Positions 27,681 to 37,018 of a DNA stretch of 64,000 nucleotides are shown here, in pieces. Numbering within the stretch: the first letter of the stretch is position 1; every line of letters begins with the position of its first letter. Made by a program: the position numbers and the translations under genes. The stretch lies in the NCBI GenBank assembly GCA_002632265.1, contig NQOV01000007.1, positions 55,583 through 119,582 of the forward strand, read 5' to 3'. The DNA is from Rhodospirillaceae bacterium MC!. Lineage in GTDB: Bacteria; Pseudomonadota; Alphaproteobacteria; MC1. The notes beneath the pieces are model-generated. The model saw only the letters and a list, made by a program, of their open reading frames with translations, was not told the origin of the DNA and did not search any database.

Positions 27681-29510
27681 ATGGACACAAATTTTAATAA
27701 TATCTTCCATAAAGTAACAAAAGAAATTTTTTATATTTTATCCAATTCTCAAGAGGATTCTATGGAATTTAGTTATTTTGAAGAAAGTAATATTCTAGAA
27801 AATAGCATGATCTTAAAATCCCCTAAGAATCTCGAAAATAAAAGCAATAGGGATCTTTTGCGATATACTGCGGATTTTTTCTCATTTCATAAGCGTTATC
27901 ATGATGATGATATTTTTCAGCAAGTATCAGCTCAAGCTACATCCGAATGGCAAGTGAATTTCTTACAATCGGCAGAAAATGCCCGCATTATCGCCCTAGC
28001 TCATAGGGATCATAAACATATGCTAGGAATAAAAAATAATCTCAAAGGATACGCTAAAACCTTAAAAGATGATACTTTATATTACTTTCTTAATATCTTA
28101 AACTTTAAATTGCCCAAAAATTTGTTCCAAGAACGTAATGAAATTAACTACGATTATGACTTTGACGATCTTTATGGATACATATGTAGGCAAAAAGAAT
28201 TCCTATCTCGTGTACTAACTACCATACATATAAAAGAGCGTAATCTTCATGACAATCATAATTCTAGGGAAAACTCGCACACCAAGGATAATAACCTAAG
28301 TATGGACAGCCAATCTCCCAACAATCTCACTGACGATGACAATAATAATAACTTAAGCGATCAACAGAACACTAATACCGCCTTGAACACTCTTCAAAAT
28401 AATACTCCCACTCAAAATAATACTCCCACTCAAGAGAATAGTTCCGCTAGCAAAACAAATATACAAGATCATGAACATAATCAAGAAAATTCCCCAGTAA
28501 GTAGAGAAATGATCAATGATCATACTACATATGAATCCCAAGGTGAATCCCTACATGAATCCCAAAAGTACTTTGCTCATACAAAAAAGTACGATAAAGA
28601 ACTCATGGCCATCAATCTCGAATCCTTTAAAGGAGAGGCCATAAACTTAAGGAAAAAGCTCGATACAGAACTAAGTAATACCACAAATAGCAATATAAAT
28701 ATACTCGCCTTAAAACTTCAACGCAAATTACAATCTAAAAAATATACTGCTCGTAGTGATAATCTATCCCATGGAATTCTCGATAGAAAAAAACTATATA
28801 AAGCAATCACATCCCCCCTTGCTCCGAATGTCTATTACAAGGAAAGCACACGAGAAGAAATTGATACAACCGTAACCATTTTAGTGGATAATTCAGGATC
28901 TCAAATGGGAAATGCCATAACAACTTCATGTATCTCATGCGATCTTTTAGCTAAGGTATTTGAAAGATGTAATATATCATGCGAAATATTAGGATTCACA
29001 ACAAGAAATTGGCAAGGTGGCTTCAGCTTTAAGGATTGGCAACAGCACCTTAAACGCAATCCCCATAAATTACAACAAAGCAATAATGCAGGTCGTTTAA
29101 ATGATCTGTTACATATTATATATAAACCTGCAAACAAAAAGTATAAGCTAACAAAAAATAGTATGGCGATGATGTTAAAACGTAGCATACTAAAAGAAAA
29201 CATCGACGGCGAAGCCCTAGAATGGGCTTACTCTCGCCTATCACAAAGATCAGAACAACGCAAAATCCTCCTAGTAATATCCGACGGCACCCCCGCCGAC
29301 GACATAACCCAAACATATAACCATAAAAATTACCTACTCGAACACCTAACAAAAACAATAGAAACAATCAACAACGATAAATCCGTCGAACTCCTAGCCA
29401 TCGGCATGGGCTTCGATATCCAAAGCATATACAAAAATAGCATCTCCATAAAAGACTACAAAAACCTCGGACAAACCATAATGAATCTTTTCCTACAAAA
29501 ACTCATATAA
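27681..29510 (+). CDS. cobT: CobT-like protein with a C-terminal von Willebrand A domain and a long N/T/Q-rich low-complexity insert.
   Basis: MIDAS motif (ILVDNSGSQ) in the C-terminal domain. Partner of cobS. Confidence 0.7.
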   Translation: MDTNFNNIFHKVTKEIFYILSNSQEDSMEFSYFEESNILENSMILKSPKNLENKSNRDLLRYTADFFSFHKRYHDDDIFQQVSAQATSEWQVNFLQSAENARIIALAHRDHKHMLGIKNNLKGYAKTLKDDTLYYFLNILNFKLPKNLFQERNEINYDYDFDDLYGYICRQKEFLSRVLTTIHIKERNLHDNHNSRENSHTKDNNLSMDSQSPNNLTDDDNNNNLSDQQNTNTALNTLQNNTPTQNNTPTQENSSASKTNIQDHEHNQENSPVSREMINDHTTYESQGESLHESQKYFAHTKKYDKELMAINLESFKGEAINLRKKLDTELSNTTNSNINILALKLQRKLQSKKYTARSDNLSHGILDRKKLYKAITSPLAPNVYYKESTREEIDTTVTILVDNSGSQMGNAITTSCISCDLLAKVFERCNISCEILGFTTRNWQGGFSFKDWQQHLKRNPHKLQQSNNAGRLNDLLHIIYKPANKKYKLTKNSMAMMLKRSILKENIDGEALEWAYSRLSQRSEQRKILLVISDGTPADDITQTYNHKNYLLEHLTKTIETINNDKSVELLAIGMGFDIQSIYKNSISIKDYKNLGQTIMNLFLQKLI

Positions 29511-29611
29511 TACAAACCATACAAATACTTACACACACAACCCCCAACAAAAACAAAAAATCCCTTGCATTATCATATCCCATATTATATATTATAAAGC
29601 GTATCCTTTAT

Positions 29612-29696
29612 GGGGAGATGCCTGAGTGGTTAAAAGGGGTGGACTGTAAATCCATTGGCTACGCCTACATAGGTTCGAATCCTATTCTCCCCACCA
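29612..29696 (+). tRNA. tRNA-Tyr (anticodon GUA), type II with a long variable arm. CCA is encoded.
   Basis: Acceptor stem GGGGAGA/TCTCCCC, anticodon loop ctGTAaa, T-arm GGTTCGAATCC, 3' ACCA. Confidence 0.85.
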
Positions 29697-29750
29697 TACA
29701 TATAAAATAAAGCAATATCCATGCGATATTGCTTTATTGCGTTTTGTAGT

Positions 29751-30560
29751 TTAGTTGAGTTTTGATAGGTGGAAGTTGTAGTCGCATTGGGGGCAGAATT
29801 TGTTGTTGGGGACGTTGAAGTTTTCGCAGGAGGTGCAGGGGATGAAGTTGGGGTTGTTTTCGCATTGGCCGCAGTATTGGGCGTATTCGTTATCACTGAC
29901 ATCTTTATAATCGCAAGTGTTACATAGGTTGGGATCGCCTACGGTGGGGTGGGTGGGGTCGGTGTATTCTTCTGTGACTGTGGTTGTGGTAATTTCTTCT
30001 TCATCGTCGTAGTCGGAGCTACCGCTACCGAAGATACTGCCATGGCCGTTGTTGTTATTGCGATGTTTATTTTTTTTCTTTCTAAAGCTGAATCTGTATA
30101 TTAAATAGATAACAAGAAGCAGTAAGATAATATCAAACAAGCCAATGCCACCGCTACCGCCTGCACCACCGTAGTTACCGCCTGCACCGTAGCCATCACC
30201 ATAACCACCGCCATGATGAAATAGCGAGCTTAAGATATAGCCACCTAAAAGACCGTGCATGATTCCATAACCGTAAGAATGTCTTCTGCCGAAGAATCCG
30301 CCACGAGAGCTTCCTCTTCTTGTGGTTGTGGTGGTTGTTCTTCTCATATTACGGGGAGAAGTGCTATGTGAATTACTAAAAAAGCTTTTATTTGTGCTTG
30401 GTCTGAAGTTTGATCTTGGGATAGACGATGAGCTAGGTCTGAAATTACTCATACCGCGGGACATTCTAAAGCTACTACGAGCGTAAGTATTAATAGGAAT
30501 AGTTATCATTGATATCATAAAAATAGATATAAAAACAATTGCAATACTTTTCAATTTCAT
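29751..30560 (-). CDS. Hypothetical protein with a signal peptide, an R/S-rich then Gly/Tyr-rich segment, one TM, and a C-terminal 4xCxxC double zinc-ribbon.
   Basis: MKLKSIAIVFISIFMISMITIPINTYA signal. GGYGDGYGAGGNYGGAGGSGG. C-terminus CNTC…CGQC…CTSC…CPQC. Confidence 0.4.
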   Translation of the reverse strand: MKLKSIAIVFISIFMISMITIPINTYARSSFRMSRGMSNFRPSSSSIPRSNFRPSTNKSFFSNSHSTSPRNMRRTTTTTTRRGSSRGGFFGRRHSYGYGIMHGLLGGYILSSLFHHGGGYGDGYGAGGNYGGAGGSGGIGLFDIILLLLVIYLIYRFSFRKKKNKHRNNNNGHGSIFGSGSSDYDDEEEITTTTVTEEYTDPTHPTVGDPNLCNTCDYKDVSDNEYAQYCGQCENNPNFIPCTSCENFNVPNNKFCPQCDYNFHLSKLN

Positions 30561-30652
30561 GTTAAGTAAGTCTTTCTTTTTAATATTAAAATAGGTAAGT
30601 TATATGATATTATCACTAACTCTTATCTAAGTCAATATATTTCTTGTTTGTT

Positions 30653-31699
30653 TTATTTATTTAAAGATTCTAAACTCCAACGTGGTTTTGGGGAAAAATC
30701 AAGAGCTGATACATTCCCTTTTTTGAAATTTTCCAAGCCTGCCCATGCTATCATCGCCCCATTATCTGTACATAACTTTATGGGCGGATAGTAAAGATGT
30801 AGCTGATTCTTTTTTGCTATTTCCTCCAGTGTTGATCTAATGGCCTGATTAGCTCCAACACCGCCACCTACAACGAGATTTTCCCCATGGGGGTAAAGAT
30901 CTTTGAACATTTTCACCGCATGTTTAGTACGATCTTTAATGATTAATTGTACGGTATATTGAAAGGACGCACAAACATCTTTAATATCTTGATCACTCAC
31001 CTTATCGAAGCCGATTTTTTCCAATTCACGACGAACGGCGGTTTTTAGTCCAGAGAAAGAAAAATCGCAATTCTTACGCCCTTTTAAGGGAGTGGGGAAT
31101 GTAAAGCGGTGTTTATCGCCATGGTTTGCCAATTCTTCGACTATCACGCCACCAGGATATCCTAGACCGAGCATTTTAGCGGTTTTATCGAATGCTTCTC
31201 CTAAGGCGTCATCTATGGTTGAGCCTAAAAGCTTATATTTTCCCACTTCTTCTACGCATAAATATTGACAGTGGCCGCCTGATATGAGTAGTAACAAATA
31301 AGGAAAGGCTACATTTTCATGGGCTAGCCTTGCGGTGAGAGCGTGGCCTTCCAAGTGATTGACGCATATCAATGGAATCTTTCGGCTTGCACTTAAGGCC
31401 TTCGCTGTCATTAATCCGACGATAACTCCACCGATCAAGCCAGGGCCTGCGGTTACGGATATGGCGTCCAGTTCATCAAGATCCATATGAGCATCGTCGA
31501 GAGTTCCTTGTATTATGCTTTCGATTTTATCCAAATGGGATCTTGCAGCAATTTCAGGCACTACCCCACTATAGGGTTTATGTTCTTCCAATTGGGAAAA
31601 AATACGATGTGATATGATTCGTTGATCCACATCATTTATATCTTGTACGATACTTGCGGATGTTTCATCGCAACTTGTTTCTATTCCTAAGACTTTCAT
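30653..31699 (-). CDS. tsaD: tRNA N6-adenosine threonylcarbamoyltransferase.
   Basis: MKVLGIETSCDETSASIV N-terminus, HLEGH metal motif, 348 aa. Confidence 0.9.
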   Translation of the reverse strand: MKVLGIETSCDETSASIVQDINDVDQRIISHRIFSQLEEHKPYSGVVPEIAARSHLDKIESIIQGTLDDAHMDLDELDAISVTAGPGLIGGVIVGLMTAKALSASRKIPLICVNHLEGHALTARLAHENVAFPYLLLLISGGHCQYLCVEEVGKYKLLGSTIDDALGEAFDKTAKMLGLGYPGGVIVEELANHGDKHRFTFPTPLKGRKNCDFSFSGLKTAVRRELEKIGFDKVSDQDIKDVCASFQYTVQLIIKDRTKHAVKMFKDLYPHGENLVVGGGVGANQAIRSTLEEIAKKNQLHLYYPPIKLCTDNGAMIAWAGLENFKKGNVSALDFSPKPRWSLESLNK

Positions 31700-31829
31700 T
31701 ATATCTACTTTGCTCTCTCTCGTAGTTACTTTTATTAAGAAAAATTTATATAAACTCTTGCATTTTTCTTGATTTTATTATAATATCACATATTATATAT
31801 TATTTATCTAAAGGTGTAAATTAAAATTT

Positions 31830-32786
31830 ATGAAGAAGATCAAAATTGGTACAAGAAAAAGTCCTTTAGCACTCAAGCAAGCCAGCGAAGTTAAGGGAAA
31901 ATTAGAAGAAATTTCACAAAAAGAATCTCTAAATTATACCTTTGAAATAGTAGCCATGTCAACCACAGGGGATGACATTCAAAATAAACCTTTAGCACAA
32001 ATCGGCGGTAAGGGATTATTCACAAAAACCATAGATGTAGCACAGTTAAACGGTCATATTGATCTTGCTGTCCATTCCATGAAAGATGTTCCGACGGTTT
32101 TGGAAAATGGCTTAGTAATAGAAACCGTTCTCGCTCGAGAGTTGGAAAATGACGCCTTTTTATCCTTAAAATATCAATCATTATCTCATATGCCTAAAGG
32201 TGGGATAGTAGGTACTAGCTCCTTAAGACGTGCGTCATTTATTGGTTCTAAATATCCCCATTTAAAGATTGTACCTTTTAGGGGGAATGTGCAAACACGC
32301 TTGCAGAAGTTAAATGACGGTATCGCCGATGCTACCATTCTTGCATGTGCAGGCTTAAACAGATTGGATATATTTAAGGAAGTAAACGCCGTAAAGATCC
32401 CCATAGATGAGATGATTCCTGCTCCTGCCCAAGGTATCATCGGCATAGCACATAGAAAAGAAGATAGGGAAATCTCAAGCTTATTAGCAAAGATCAATAA
32501 TCAAGATGTCTTTACTCGTATGCTTGGCGAACGTGCTTTTTTAAGGGAAATTGATGGCTCTTGCCGTACGCCCATTTCTGCCTATTCCCATAAGATAGAT
32601 GATAAACTACATTTAATCGTAGCCATTTTGTCGGTTGACGGATCTATCATTTATAAGGAACAAGGCACATGTGATTTTAATGATCAGGACGCTAGCAATC
32701 TGGGTATTTCCCTAGCTCAAATCATCAGAAAAAAAGCAGGTCAAGAGTTTTTTGATGATTTATTTAGTCATATCATGAACGAATAA
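31830..32786 (+). CDS. hemC: Hydroxymethylbilane synthase (porphobilinogen deaminase).
   Basis: IGTRKSPLALKQA N-terminus and a dipyrromethane cofactor Cys region (GSCRTPI). Confidence 0.9.
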   Translation: MKKIKIGTRKSPLALKQASEVKGKLEEISQKESLNYTFEIVAMSTTGDDIQNKPLAQIGGKGLFTKTIDVAQLNGHIDLAVHSMKDVPTVLENGLVIETVLARELENDAFLSLKYQSLSHMPKGGIVGTSSLRRASFIGSKYPHLKIVPFRGNVQTRLQKLNDGIADATILACAGLNRLDIFKEVNAVKIPIDEMIPAPAQGIIGIAHRKEDREISSLLAKINNQDVFTRMLGERAFLREIDGSCRTPISAYSHKIDDKLHLIVAILSVDGSIIYKEQGTCDFNDQDASNLGISLAQIIRKKAGQEFFDDLFSHIMNE

Positions 32787-32825
32787 GAATTAATGAGAAG
32801 AATTAATGAGAAAAATTAATGAGTA
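32787..32825. repeat. Three tandem 13-bp units (gaattaatgagaa) spanning the hemC stop and the next gene's start region.
   Basis: Direct reading of 32781..32830. Confidence 0.55.
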
Positions 32826-33643
32826 AGAATATGTTATCAAAAAAAGAAATATTTGATCTAATAGCCAGTAGGTTAACGGTTAATAATACAAATAAATGTT
32901 ATAAGTTAGATGATAACTTATTGCAACGTTACATCCTGTTAAATGGTAAGTTAGAATTAATTACTTTAAATAGTCAATTGAAATCCAATAGTAATGATCC
33001 CATAGTTCTCGCCTTATTTGGCTTGGATGAACCACCTTTAAAGCAAAAGTATATTGATAAAATCAACAACGAAAAATTCACTAAGTATTCCACTGCAAAA
33101 ACTACAGGATGTGCTTCACCTTTTGAGGGATTAGTCCATATTATTTTCGGTCAACAGGTTTCGCAAGCGGTGGCAAGTAAAATGAAATCTCTCTTTTTAG
33201 AGAAATTCGGCTCGGATCATTGTGATTCGAATAATCAATGCTTTAGAATATTTCCTGAACCAAGCGAGTTTTTAAATTCCTACGAAAAAATAGAAAATTA
33301 CGATAATGGATTCAATAAGAAAAGATTCCAATATATCATAAATATCGCCATATTTTTAGAGAAAATTAACACCTTCGCTCAAGTGAAAGCTATTCCAGAT
33401 TATAGGGAACAATTACTAAATATCAAAGGCATAGGCAATTGGTCCTTAAACTGGTTCGAACTTTCTGCCATGCGAAATTTTGATACGTTAGCAATTACCG
33501 ATCTCATAGTAAAAAGATCTCTCATAGATATCCTAAAACTCGATAATCCCACTAACGACGAACTAACTGCCAGTCTTGCAAAAGAATTCCCCACCCAGTT
33601 GGGAACTATCAGTACTAAAATGCTGTTGTCATATAAGAATTAG
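32819..33643 (+). CDS. HhH-GPD superfamily DNA glycosylase (AlkA-like 3-methyladenine DNA glycosylase II).
   Basis: Helix-hairpin-helix + Gly/Pro-Asp region (LLNIKGIGNWSLNWFELSAMRNFDTLAITDLIVKRSL). Confidence 0.55.
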   Translation: MSKNMLSKKEIFDLIASRLTVNNTNKCYKLDDNLLQRYILLNGKLELITLNSQLKSNSNDPIVLALFGLDEPPLKQKYIDKINNEKFTKYSTAKTTGCASPFEGLVHIIFGQQVSQAVASKMKSLFLEKFGSDHCDSNNQCFRIFPEPSEFLNSYEKIENYDNGFNKKRFQYIINIAIFLEKINTFAQVKAIPDYREQLLNIKGIGNWSLNWFELSAMRNFDTLAITDLIVKRSLIDILKLDNPTNDELTASLAKEFPTQLGTISTKMLLSYKN

Positions 33644-33660
33644 GAATGAGAATAGCCCTT

Positions 33661-34254
33661 TTACTTTAGGATTTCGTAGATTATGAATGCAACGATGATT
33701 AACAGGGAAAAAATTACTGTTAGTTTTACGAGATATTTGTGGATTATATGTTTGGCTTTTTTACCGAAGAAGTAGAAGATCAAGCCGATAAGAACGAATC
33801 TTAAGCCACGAGAGAAAAAGGATATAATAAAAAATAAAGGGAAAGACATTCCCATAAGACCCGAAAATATGGTAAATACTTTGTAGGGAATGGGGGTGAA
33901 TCCTGCTAGGAGCAGTAAAAGGATTCCCCAATGGGCGTATAATCCCTTAAGTTTTTCCATGTAGGGGGCTAGATGATATAAATTCACGATGTATCCGCCG
34001 ACAGTGTGCCATAAGTACATGCCGATCACATAACCGATAATTCCGCCCACAGCTGACGCAAATGTACATAAGAGAGAATAGTAAATTGCTTTCTTATTTT
34101 TTGCTAAGCACATGGGAATAAGCATAACATCGGGCGGTATGGGAAAAATAAAGGATTCGACAAAGGCCAGAAGAAAAAGCCAAATGGACGCACTTTTATA
34201 ACGAGACATCACAAGAAGTCTACAATAGATATTTCTGATAATTTTATTAAGCAT
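33661..34254 (-). CDS. DedA/YqaA-family (SNARE-associated domain) membrane protein.
   Basis: FLLAFVESFIFPIPPDVMLIPM motif. 197 aa, ~5 TM. Confidence 0.55.
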   Translation of the reverse strand: MLNKIIRNIYCRLLVMSRYKSASIWLFLLAFVESFIFPIPPDVMLIPMCLAKNKKAIYYSLLCTFASAVGGIIGYVIGMYLWHTVGGYIVNLYHLAPYMEKLKGLYAHWGILLLLLAGFTPIPYKVFTIFSGLMGMSFPLFFIISFFSRGLRFVLIGLIFYFFGKKAKHIIHKYLVKLTVIFSLLIIVAFIIYEILK

Positions 34255-34259
34255 AATTG

Positions 34260-34664
34260 TTATTTTTCACTTTCTACAAGTTCCTTTTGTAAGTCTTCTT
34301 CGGAGATGATTCCAATAAAGCGACTGTTGGATAAGCCATCCAATATATTTTTAATTTTCGGATCTTTTGAGATGTCTTCCAGTTGATCGGCTAAGATCTT
34401 TTGTTCTTGTTGCTTTATGGTTAAATCCCCTAAGCTGGGATCGCTTGAGAGAGAGATTTCCCACTTTTTAAAGGTTTGTTCTTGTAAAAATAGGGCTATG
34501 GATGTTTGCAAGCCGTTGGGGGCATTGGTTGCTAAACGATATTTAAAATATCCATTTTTAAATTCGATTACATGAATGAAACGCTCCATATTAGTACGCA
34601 ATATGGATTCTTTCTTAAGGCGTGCCAACTCTATCAGTTCGTGAAAACTAGATACGGTTGGCAC
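34260..34664 (-). CDS. dnaX: 134-aa ORF in the -1 frame directly abutting the dnaX stop. It is a probable C-terminal (tau-specific) segment of DnaX separated by a frame change. It starts at GTG.
   Basis: The ORF starts within gagTAGtaGTGcca, overlapping the dnaX stop. The -1 frame is open from the A5G5 run onward. The usual downstream gene ybaB is absent and this ORF does not resemble YbaB. Confidence 0.35.
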   Translation of the reverse strand: MPTVSSFHELIELARLKKESILRTNMERFIHVIEFKNGYFKYRLATNAPNGLQTSIALFLQEQTFKKWEISLSSDPSLGDLTIKQQEQKILADQLEDISKDPKIKNILDGLSNSRFIGIISEEDLQKELVESEK

Positions 34665-34666
34665 TA

Positions 34667-35866
34667 CTACTCCCCCTTTTTAGTGTCTCCTTGTTTCACT
34701 TGGATCATTTTTGCCAACTGTTCTGATGTGGGAAGAGTTGAAGCGTAAGATATTGTAATCAAAGCCATTTCTAAAGCTTGTAATTGGTTGGGTGCAGAAT
34801 TTACATCCTGTAAGGATTTAAGTAACATTTGCCATAATCTTGCAAGCTCGGCAATGTTGATTTTATTGGATATTTCTTGCCCCTTTTCCAGATCCATACC
34901 ACTGGGGATATTTTCTCCTGCAAGCTGTGGCGAGACTTTAATTTTAGTCAGCCAATGAATGACAATTAAAAGATCTCGAATCACTACAATTGGCGAAATA
35001 CCTTGAGCGTATTGGGCATTTACCATTTCTAGCACTTGCGAGATCTCGCCAGAACTAAGCTTTTTAAATATTTCTATAATGATTCGACGATCGATGGCCC
35101 CGAGCATATTCATAACCACTTCTTCAGTAACATTATTAGCTCCATAGGATATGGCCTGATCCAGTAAAGATAAGCCATCACGTACAGATCCGTCAGAAGA
35201 TTGGGCGATCATGTTGATTGCTTGTTCTTCAAAGGGGATATCTTCCTTTTGCAAGATACTTTCGAAGTGTTTTTTTAGAGTTGGAACTTCTATACGGCGT
35301 AAATCAAAGCACTGGCAACGGCTTAAAACTGTTACGGGTACTTTTTGAATATCTGTAGTAGCCAAGATAAATTTCACGTGTGCGGGCGGTTCTTCTAAGG
35401 TCTTAAGGAGAGCGTTAAAAGATGATGTGGATAACATGTGAACCTCATCGATCACATATATTTTAAAACGTGCCGACGCTGTGGAATAACTTGTGTCATC
35501 TAAAATACTTCTGATGTTATCGATCCCTGTATTGGATGCGGCGTCGATCTCTAAAACATCCACATTCTGTCCTTTTGATATGGATGTACAATGTTCACAG
35601 ACACCGCAAGGATCTATGGTAATTTTGCCCTTACCGTCTTCGCCGATACAATTTAAGGATTTCGCAATTAATCTTGCGGTGGTGGTTTTCCCCACACCAC
35701 GGATTCCTGTAAGCATGAAAGAATGCACCAAACGTCCTGTATCTATGGCATTTGATAGGGTACGCACTAAAGCATCTTGACCAATTAAATCATGAAATGT
35801 CGACGGACGATATTTTCTCGCCAATACTTGATATTCATGATTATTTTCCTGCTGTTGATCAGTCAT
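34667..35866 (-). CDS. dnaX: DNA polymerase III subunit gamma/tau (gamma-length product, domains I-III).
   Basis: YRPSTFHDLIGQD, Walker A GIRGVGKTTTARLIAKSLNC, Zn module CGVCEHC, SRC motif. Confidence 0.9.
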   Translation of the reverse strand: MTDQQQENNHEYQVLARKYRPSTFHDLIGQDALVRTLSNAIDTGRLVHSFMLTGIRGVGKTTTARLIAKSLNCIGEDGKGKITIDPCGVCEHCTSISKGQNVDVLEIDAASNTGIDNIRSILDDTSYSTASARFKIYVIDEVHMLSTSSFNALLKTLEEPPAHVKFILATTDIQKVPVTVLSRCQCFDLRRIEVPTLKKHFESILQKEDIPFEEQAINMIAQSSDGSVRDGLSLLDQAISYGANNVTEEVVMNMLGAIDRRIIIEIFKKLSSGEISQVLEMVNAQYAQGISPIVVIRDLLIVIHWLTKIKVSPQLAGENIPSGMDLEKGQEISNKINIAELARLWQMLLKSLQDVNSAPNQLQALEMALITISYASTLPTSEQLAKMIQVKQGDTKKGE

Positions 35867-36017
35867 TTTTCACACCCCTTATGAAATGAAAGAATAATTT
35901 TATTATCTAGATAATATCACATTATTATCCTAATTTAAAGATAAAAAATCACTTACTTAAAATTATTAAGCAAGTGATTTTTTTATTATGGATTTTCTAC
36001 TAGTAGAAAATAATAAT

Positions 36018-36854
36018 TTACTTCTTAGTAACAAAACCATACTTAAGGAAGAAACCCCAAGCGATACCAGCTAAAGTATTACCAATAGTCGCAGGAATTA
36101 AATTTTGCATGAAGAGATTCGATAAAGTAATATGTGGATAATCTGCAGGAACTTTGCCGATCATATCCCAATATGACTGATCAGAATATTCATGAATGTA
36201 ATAACCAATCGGTAATAGGAACTGATTGGCGATACTATGCTCAAACCCACAAGCTACGAAAGCCATAATAGGTAGTAATAAAGCAAAGATCTTACCTTGA
36301 ATTGATGTGGCGAAAATTGACGCAATGTAAGCTAAACATACTAGAAAGTTAGCAATAAAACCTAAGAATACCGCTTGAATAAATGTATGATTCATTTTAG
36401 CATCGGCAACGTGCATAAAGTTTGCTCCGAACTGACCATGATCAACTAATTTTGTTCCGCCAATAATTAAGAATATCGCCAACAGTAATGAACCTACTAG
36501 GTTTGCAATGTAAATCATAACCCAGTTTTTAAATACAGTACTAAACTTTTCTTTTTTCATCAGAAAGTTAAAGAAAGTTAAAGTGTTACTTGTAAATAGA
36601 TCAGTACCTAAAACGATAACTACCACGAAACCAGTAGCAAAACCGATAGACGCTAACATCTTTTTAGGACCAAAAGCCACATCAGGAGTAGCAGTTGTAA
36701 TTAAAGTGTAGAACATACCAGCTACACCAATGAAGATACCAGCTAATATACCCAATGCTACAAGTCTACCAAAGGGACGATTAGCTTTAGCTTCGTTTGA
36801 AACGTAAATATATTCTATAGCTTCATCTGTTGTTAAATATTGTTTACTAGCCAT
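36018..36854 (-). CDS. Formate/nitrite transporter (FNT) family channel.
   Basis: 278 aa, 6 TM, FNT-like N-terminus (…NRPFGRLVALGILAGIFIG…) and a C-terminal pattern. Confidence 0.7.
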   Translation of the reverse strand: MASKQYLTTDEAIEYIYVSNEAKANRPFGRLVALGILAGIFIGVAGMFYTLITTATPDVAFGPKKMLASIGFATGFVVVIVLGTDLFTSNTLTFFNFLMKKEKFSTVFKNWVMIYIANLVGSLLLAIFLIIGGTKLVDHGQFGANFMHVADAKMNHTFIQAVFLGFIANFLVCLAYIASIFATSIQGKIFALLLPIMAFVACGFEHSIANQFLLPIGYYIHEYSDQSYWDMIGKVPADYPHITLSNLFMQNLIPATIGNTLAGIAWGFFLKYGFVTKK

Positions 36855-37018
36855 AAAAGACCTCCTAAATTGTACAATAGTGATAAATAAAATGACAATA
36901 AATATTCATATTACCTAGTTATAAAAAAAAGAATCGGTAGAGATATTTATTTTGTCTTGCTTACACTATAAACTAAACATATTGCAAATACAAGAGTTTA
37001 TTCTATTTTTTACTTTAT

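Noticed and set aside
29630-29902. Track ORF (90 aa, minus strand) overlapping tRNA-Tyr.
   Set aside because: It overlaps a well-formed tRNA gene and the 3' end of the neighbouring gene, and its low-complexity Thr/Pro/Ala content is an artefact of reading antisense to the Gly-rich gene.
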